Below, piece by piece: positions 4,582-8,413 of a stretch of 8,413 bases of DNA. Source of the DNA: Prasinococcaceae sp. CCMP 1430. Lineage: Eukaryota; Plantae; Prasinodermophyta. The notes below the pieces were generated by a model. It was not told the DNA's origin, ran no database searches, and was given only the letters and a program-made list of their open reading frames with translations. Location of the stretch: contig RQSC01001053.1 in the NCBI GenBank assembly GCA_013416795.1, positions 17,705 through 26,117 of the forward strand, read 5' to 3'. The position numbers and the translations under genes were made by a program. Numbering within the stretch: the first letter of the stretch is position 1; the number at the start of each line of letters is the position of its first letter.

Positions 4582-7478
4582 TGCTGTGAACCACCTCCGC
4601 GGGAGTTGGTCCTGCCCCCGCGATGAGCGCCACGATAGCCACCCCGGCTGAGGCTGCCACTCCCTCGGGCACCCCCGCGGTAACTCCCTTTGTGGCCACC
4701 GTTCTGGCCGGCACCACGGCCTCCCTGCAGGCGACCTCCCGCCTGTGGGCACTGTGGGGTGCGGTGACCTGGCTGCCGGCAGGTAAAGCAACGCTCCTCG
4801 TCGCGCATCCGCTGGACCTCCTGGTCCGTGGTGTAGCGCTGGGCGCCCGGTGGCAGGCGGCTGTTAACGAACTGCCAGTCCGGCAACCGCTCCACCTCCG
4901 GTCGGCCGCCCTTGCCACCCCCACGCGGAAGCTGCCTCTGGCTCGAGGGTCCCTTCCTCTTCCCGAGGGCGGATCCACCACTACGCTGACCTGCGGCACC
5001 GCCCTGGCTGCTACTCTGGACTCCCGTCGGGAGTCTCCCTTGGCTGCCATGACTGCCTCCCGTGGCCTGGGAGTCCCTCTGGGTCTGGTGGAGAGCGTAC
5101 TGGGCCCCGAAAGCCCCCCAAGTGCCCTCGTCGGCCTCAGCGAGCCTCTTGAGGGTCCGCTCCGCAGTCTCCCATCCCTCATGGGTATGGTAGGTCTGGA
5201 AGTGGTGGTGAAGGAAGTCATTGCCTCCCTTCTCGATCGCCGTGGCGATCATACCCTTGAGCTGCAGCTCAGTGGGACGGTGTTCATGTCCCGCGGGCAA
5301 GTTCCCCAAGAGCTGTCCGAACTCTCGGTGGAACTCCGCGAAGAGGAAGTGGGGGTCATAAAGGACATGCGGCAGGCGGTCACGAGCCACCAGGCTAGGC
5401 ACCGAGACAGTATAGTACTGCCTCATCACGGTGCAAATCTCGTCATAGGAGTGGGTCTGACCCGGCTCCAGAGACCGCAACATGTGGCGGACCGTGGCCG
5501 CAACCTCAGCCGAGAGGTAGGCCATGGCCACTGGCCCTGCTGTCTGCAGGTCGGTGTGAGTGAGGTTGAGATAGTCCAGAAGAGCGAGTTCATAGGGGGT
5601 CCAGTCGCCTCCTCGGAATTTATCCGGAGCGCAAACCTTTGCCCTGAACCCATAGGACTGCCTCTGTTCTGTGCCCTCACGCTCCACCTGAGCTCGCAGG
5701 ACCTCCACCTCTGCCAACCTGTCCCGGAGGCGAGTTTGAAGGGCCTGAGTCTTGGCCTTCTCGGCCCTGAGCTCATCCAGTGCCTGCTTCTGCAAGCCAT
5801 GCCATTGCGCCCTATCCACGCGAGGAGGTAGCACCCCCATGGAGGCATAGGACGGTCCCTTGCGCCCCTCCGGACGCCCCCTCTCGAGCAGCTCAAACAT
5901 AGCAGCCCGCTCCTCATCTGTATCGATGAGCTCCGCCCACCGGCGGATCTTCCCCGGAGTTTCTATATCCTCCGGGTCGGAGGCCTCCTCCTCTGGCTCA
6001 GAGGGCTCCTGCTGAGGGTCACCGCCCAACTCCTCTCCGGAAGCGTGCGAACCCTCTGCAAAATCGTCAAGAAAATCGGATTCAGTGTCATGCCCATGAC
6101 TAGAACCCAACTCTGACGATTGAGGGGACCCCTCCGTAGCAACCTTTTGCTCACCTGGAGATGGGTCATAATCCACATCATCCTCGAAGTGGCCCTCGCG
6201 GTCGGCCTCCTGCTCGGGCTCCGCCGAGTCCTCGGCCTCAGAGATGTTGGGTCCCTGCCCAATATCTGGCAATCCCCCTTCCGCCTGATCCTCAGAAACG
6301 TCCATCTCTGCTGAAAGCCCCTCTGTCTCCTGCACAGGGAACGAAGCACGCTTCTCAGCTAGCCAATCCTGTTGGCGACGTTTGCGGATATTCCTGGCCT
6401 GTTTCCTAGTCCTCAGGGAAGTCCCTTCCAGGACTCCCATGACCCTTGCAGGTCCCCGGGAATTGGAGGAATTGTCTTCCTTGACCCCCCCTACGGGGCC
6501 TGGAAATGCACGAAGAGTTGAGTCGACCGGCTCCAAGGATAGACTTCCCGAAAAAATTTCATCTAGGTTAGCTCCCTTGGCTTCCCTAAATTTTTTCGAA
6601 GTCACCCTCGGCATCCCGGTGTCCTCCGTAGGGCCAGAAATAATTTTTGGGGCCTTCCCCAAATTTTTCTGGACTCTTCTGGGCTCTCCTAGCCCCTCCG
6701 GTAATTTACCAGAGGCATTTGTGGGACCACGCTGGGTCACCACTGGGGGCCGCTCACCCTCACCGGAGGTGTGTCGCCCCTTGCTTGAGCCGCCCGAGGC
6801 CACCCCGGGCTTGCTCGGCGCCTTCCGAGGACCTTCCTGGCCCCTCCGGAGGCCCAAAAAACCCCCGGGGGGCTTTTTGGCGGGCTTCCGGCCTTCCGCG
6901 CGCTCGCGGGAAGGGCCGGATCCTAGGCCCCCCGCCGTCGGGGCGCGCCTAGGCCCCCGGACTGTCCCACGGGACAGTACCGGGGTCGGGGTCGCGTGCC
7001 CCGTTCCCGTCAGGTCCGTACCTACCGGTACGGGTCTGTTTCCGCCCAGGCGCGCGCCCGGTCCGGCTGCGCCGGTCGGACCCGCCTGTTCCGGCGGCGC
7101 CGGTTCAGCGGTCGAGAGGGGTCCACTCGGGACCTTCTCTGTTTCGGGATTTGATGGCGGCGCTCCTGGCCTGCCATCTTTCCCTTTTTTATTGGAGAAA
7201 ATTTTCTCCTGTGGCGCATGCTCGCCACTTGGAGGTCCGGCACTCCGGCCGCGCACCCTCCCGACAATTCCCCCCCCGGAGGAGCGCCGAATTGTCGAAG
7301 GTGAGCTTGCCACTTGGCGAATCACCTTAGTTTTGCTCTGCATGAGGGTTCCTGCAGCAAAACCTGCAGAATCTGACAAGTGTCCCTCGCCGGCACGCAC
7401 TGCGTCATCCTGGCGCAGTTCGTGGCTGGCGGGGTTGTTACCACGCGGCTGTGTTCTTACCTTTGCAGAACTCGCCAT
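4572..7478 (-). CDS. gag: Gag with a long N-terminal extension (968 aa from the first ATG)
   Basis: The track ORF starts at GTG 7544; the first ATG is 7478 (CAAATGG). Contains a coiled coil (about 5670-5798), a capsid-like region starting APDKFRG (about 5115-5633), CFTCRQPGHRTPQC knuckle and RGG tail. Stops at TAG directly after the slippery site. The true start codon is uncertain. Confidence 0.88.
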   Translation of the reverse strand: MASSAKVRTQPRGNNPASHELRQDDAVRAGEGHLSDSAGFAAGTLMQSKTKVIRQVASSPSTIRRSSGGGIVGRVRGRSAGPPSGEHAPQEKIFSNKKGKDGRPGAPPSNPETEKVPSGPLSTAEPAPPEQAGPTGAAGPGARLGGNRPVPVGTDLTGTGHATPTPVLSRGTVRGPRRAPTAGGLGSGPSRERAEGRKPAKKPPGGFLGLRRGQEGPRKAPSKPGVASGGSSKGRHTSGEGERPPVVTQRGPTNASGKLPEGLGEPRRVQKNLGKAPKIISGPTEDTGMPRVTSKKFREAKGANLDEIFSGSLSLEPVDSTLRAFPGPVGGVKEDNSSNSRGPARVMGVLEGTSLRTRKQARNIRKRRQQDWLAEKRASFPVQETEGLSAEMDVSEDQAEGGLPDIGQGPNISEAEDSAEPEQEADREGHFEDDVDYDPSPGEQKVATEGSPQSSELGSSHGHDTESDFLDDFAEGSHASGEELGGDPQQEPSEPEEEASDPEDIETPGKIRRWAELIDTDEERAAMFELLERGRPEGRKGPSYASMGVLPPRVDRAQWHGLQKQALDELRAEKAKTQALQTRLRDRLAEVEVLRAQVEREGTEQRQSYGFRAKVCAPDKFRGGDWTPYELALLDYLNLTHTDLQTAGPVAMAYLSAEVAATVRHMLRSLEPGQTHSYDEICTVMRQYYTVSVPSLVARDRLPHVLYDPHFLFAEFHREFGQLLGNLPAGHEHRPTELQLKGMIATAIEKGGNDFLHHHFQTYHTHEGWETAERTLKRLAEADEGTWGAFGAQYALHQTQRDSQATGGSHGSQGRLPTGVQSSSQGGAAGQRSGGSALGKRKGPSSQRQLPRGGGKGGRPEVERLPDWQFVNSRLPPGAQRYTTDQEVQRMRDEERCFTCRQPGHRTPQCPQAGGRLQGGRGAGQNGGHKGSYRGGARGSGSLSRGGYRGAHRGGRTNSRGGGSQQGN
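4749..4790 (-). other. Nucleocapsid zinc knuckle CX2CX4HX4C
   Basis: CFTCRQPGHRTPQC, gag track aa 919-932. Confidence 0.95.
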
Positions 7479-7584
7479 TTGGCGTTCCTGAGCGCTGCCA
7501 AGCCGCGTGCCCTGTCTGACGCAGGCAGCCTCAGGCAGGGACACTTGGCTAGATTAGAAAATTTTCAATAACAGGAGCGAAAAA

Positions 7585-7596
7585 GCTCCGATACCA
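7585..7596 (-). promoter_or_regulatory. Primer-binding site for initiator tRNA-Met (TGGTATCGGAGC)
   Basis: One nt after the LTR end (TTTCA-C-TGG). Differs from the canonical plant-type TGGTATCAGAGC by one A>G, which can pair G-U with the tRNA. Confidence 0.88.
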
Positions 7597-7597
7597 G

Positions 7598-8081
7598 TGA
7601 AACAGCACGGGGAGATAGCCAATCCCGTGATGAATAATTGCAGAAAAGAAGGATAACAACACACAATCGTTAGCCACGCAGTCCAGGCTGCTGAGTTGGT
7701 AGATTCCCGTAGGATGAAACTCAACAGAAATCCCCGAAAGGACCACTGCCGAGAAGGTGGTGATAACCACCTTTTTGTGATGGAAATTAGGTACCGGGTA
7801 GGTACCGCGATTCCCGTAGCGAGGAGTGCGCGGTCGGCGGGCGGCCGCCGGTCGCGCTGATTCCGCCGGCGCCAACGCGCACATAGGTATACGGCGCGTA
7901 GGCGGCTAGGCGCCGTTGGGGGAGAAGTTAAATCCCCCGAGCCCATTCCTTGGGCGTCCGGCCTCGGATTCTGGCGAGGTTGGGACCCCGACGGGGGTTC
8001 TCGACCACGCCGGATCCAGCCCGCGGGTCCTCCGACCCGGATTATTAGTCCGGCCGGGCCTTCCAGGCCCTCGCCGTTACA
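7598..8081 (-). repeat. Complete 484-bp LTR shared by two tandem internal regions
   Basis: Starts TGTAAC after a PPT and ends TTTCA before the PBS. Imperfect terminal inverted repeat TGTAACGGCGAGGG vs TGAAACAGCACGGG (10/14 match) supports these boundaries. Confidence 0.92.
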
Positions 8082-8083
8082 CA

Positions 8084-8094
8084 CCTCCCCCCCC
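8084..8094 (-). promoter_or_regulatory. Polypurine tract of the upstream tandem copy
   Basis: GGGGGGGGAGG identical to 277-287, directly abutting the 7598-8081 LTR. Confidence 0.9.
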
Positions 8095-8146
8095 GAGTCC
8101 AGGTGCCGTCCCGGCACCTCAGGGTAGTAGGGTGTACGAGGTCGTC

Positions 8147-8413
8147 CTAACCTCGACGGGGCGGGCGTCCTCCTGCCCGACCCGTGCCTTTCCCGGCACC
8201 CACGCCCGCAGGACGGTCAGCTGGCTGCGTTATGGTCATGTTCCAGTACTCACGCACTATATGTGAAGCATTCTTGAGATTAGCCTCCGGTTCCCAAGAG
8301 TTATGCTCAGGACCATACCCGGTCCACTTGACGTAAAACTCCACCTTACGTCGTCGTCCTCTCCCGGACCGCTCGCGATGAGCGAGGACCTTTTCGACCT
8401 CGAACTCCCAGTC
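8147..8413 (-). CDS. pol: C-terminal chromodomain end of pol from the upstream tandem copy (partial, cut by the window end)
   Basis: Identical to 340-606. The track's 65-aa ORF starts at an internal GTG; the frame is open to the window edge. Confidence 0.95.
   Translation of the reverse strand, partial: DWEFEVEKVLAHRERSGRGRRRKVEFYVKWTGYGPEHNSWEPEANLKNASHIVREYWNMTITQPADRPAGVGAGKGTGRAGGRPPRRG

Larger units (their letters stand above)
1..8413 (-). mobile_element. Ty3/gypsy LTR retrotransposon (chromovirus), head-to-tail tandem sharing an LTR; one complete unit plus the 3' end of the neighbouring copy
   Basis: gag with a CCHC knuckle; pol in the gypsy order PR-RT-RH-IN with a C-terminal chromodomain; PBS, PPT and TG...CA LTR boundaries; 1-606 repeats at 7809-8413. 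Confidence 0.97.
7809..8413. repeat. Direct repeat copy 2 of window 1-606
   Basis: See copy 1. 8082-8413 is identical to 275-606 by eye. Confidence 0.98.

Noticed and set aside
4582-4791. N-terminal 70 aa of the track's 1483-aa pol ORF
   Set aside because: It starts at TTG and overlaps the gag zinc knuckle and RGG tail in another frame; it lies upstream of the slippery site and is probably not translated.
4511-5221. 236-aa minus-strand ORF in the third frame over the gag 3' end
   Set aside because: R/S/A/G-rich translation of GC-rich gag sequence with no motifs; the -1 frameshift already explains gag-pol linkage.
4623-5831. 402-aa plus-strand ORF antisense to gag
   Set aside because: It is in exact codon register with gag, so it stays open whenever gag avoids TTA/CTA/TCA. 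The product has no recognisable motifs. Treated as a shadow ORF.
6382-7491. 369-aa plus-strand ORF antisense to the gag extension
   Set aside because: The track start is TTG (first ATG at 6439). In this register a stop needs a gag Tyr codon or T+His/Gln, and this part of Gag has no Tyr. The product is low-complexity P/G/A/R. Not strictly excluded without stranded RNA data.
7585-8081. Tf1-like self-priming instead of tRNA priming
   Set aside because: No sequence complementary to the PBS was found in the LTR, and the PBS matches the tRNA-Met(i) type.
7554-8117. ORFs across the LTR (187 aa here; 70 aa at 98-310; plus-strand 108-320 and 7916-8266)
   Set aside because: The 187-aa and 98-310 ORFs start at GTG, none has a recognisable domain, and the C6/C5 indel changes their frames between the two LTR copies.
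1-8413. Prokaryotic features (CRISPR array, retron, group II intron RT, rRNA/tRNA genes)
   Set aside because: No regularly spaced short repeats or structural RNA genes were seen. The RT is clearly gypsy-type, with RNase H, integrase and chromodomain.

Overview
The window is eukaryotic Ty3/gypsy LTR-retrotransposon DNA of the chromovirus type, on the minus strand. A tRNA-Met(i)-type PBS suggests a green-lineage host (plant or alga), which is an inference. Read on the minus strand, the order is: 3' end of one copy's pol (chromodomain, cut by the window edge), PPT, one 484-bp LTR (8081-7598), PBS, a very long gag (7478-4572), a -1 frameshift signal (G GGA AAC plus hairpin), pol (protease, RT, RNase H, integrase, GPY/F, chromodomain; ends at 340), PPT, and a second LTR cut by the window start. 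This is a head-to-tail tandem with a period of about 7807 bp, in which one LTR is shared between two internal regions. Both ORFs are uninterrupted. The most unusual feature is a ~145-aa segment between the frameshift site and the protease (4003-4434). By eye it aligns along its whole length with phage-Dam/DIRS-type N6-adenine DNA methyltransferase domains, but its catalytic NPPY/F motif is degenerate (WLNLSG). Also notable are a ~560-aa basic-then-acidic N-terminal Gag extension, a DTA protease triad, and LTR copies that differ at 7 sites while the adjacent repeated internal DNA is identical. All domain calls come from motif recognition by eye; no searches were run.
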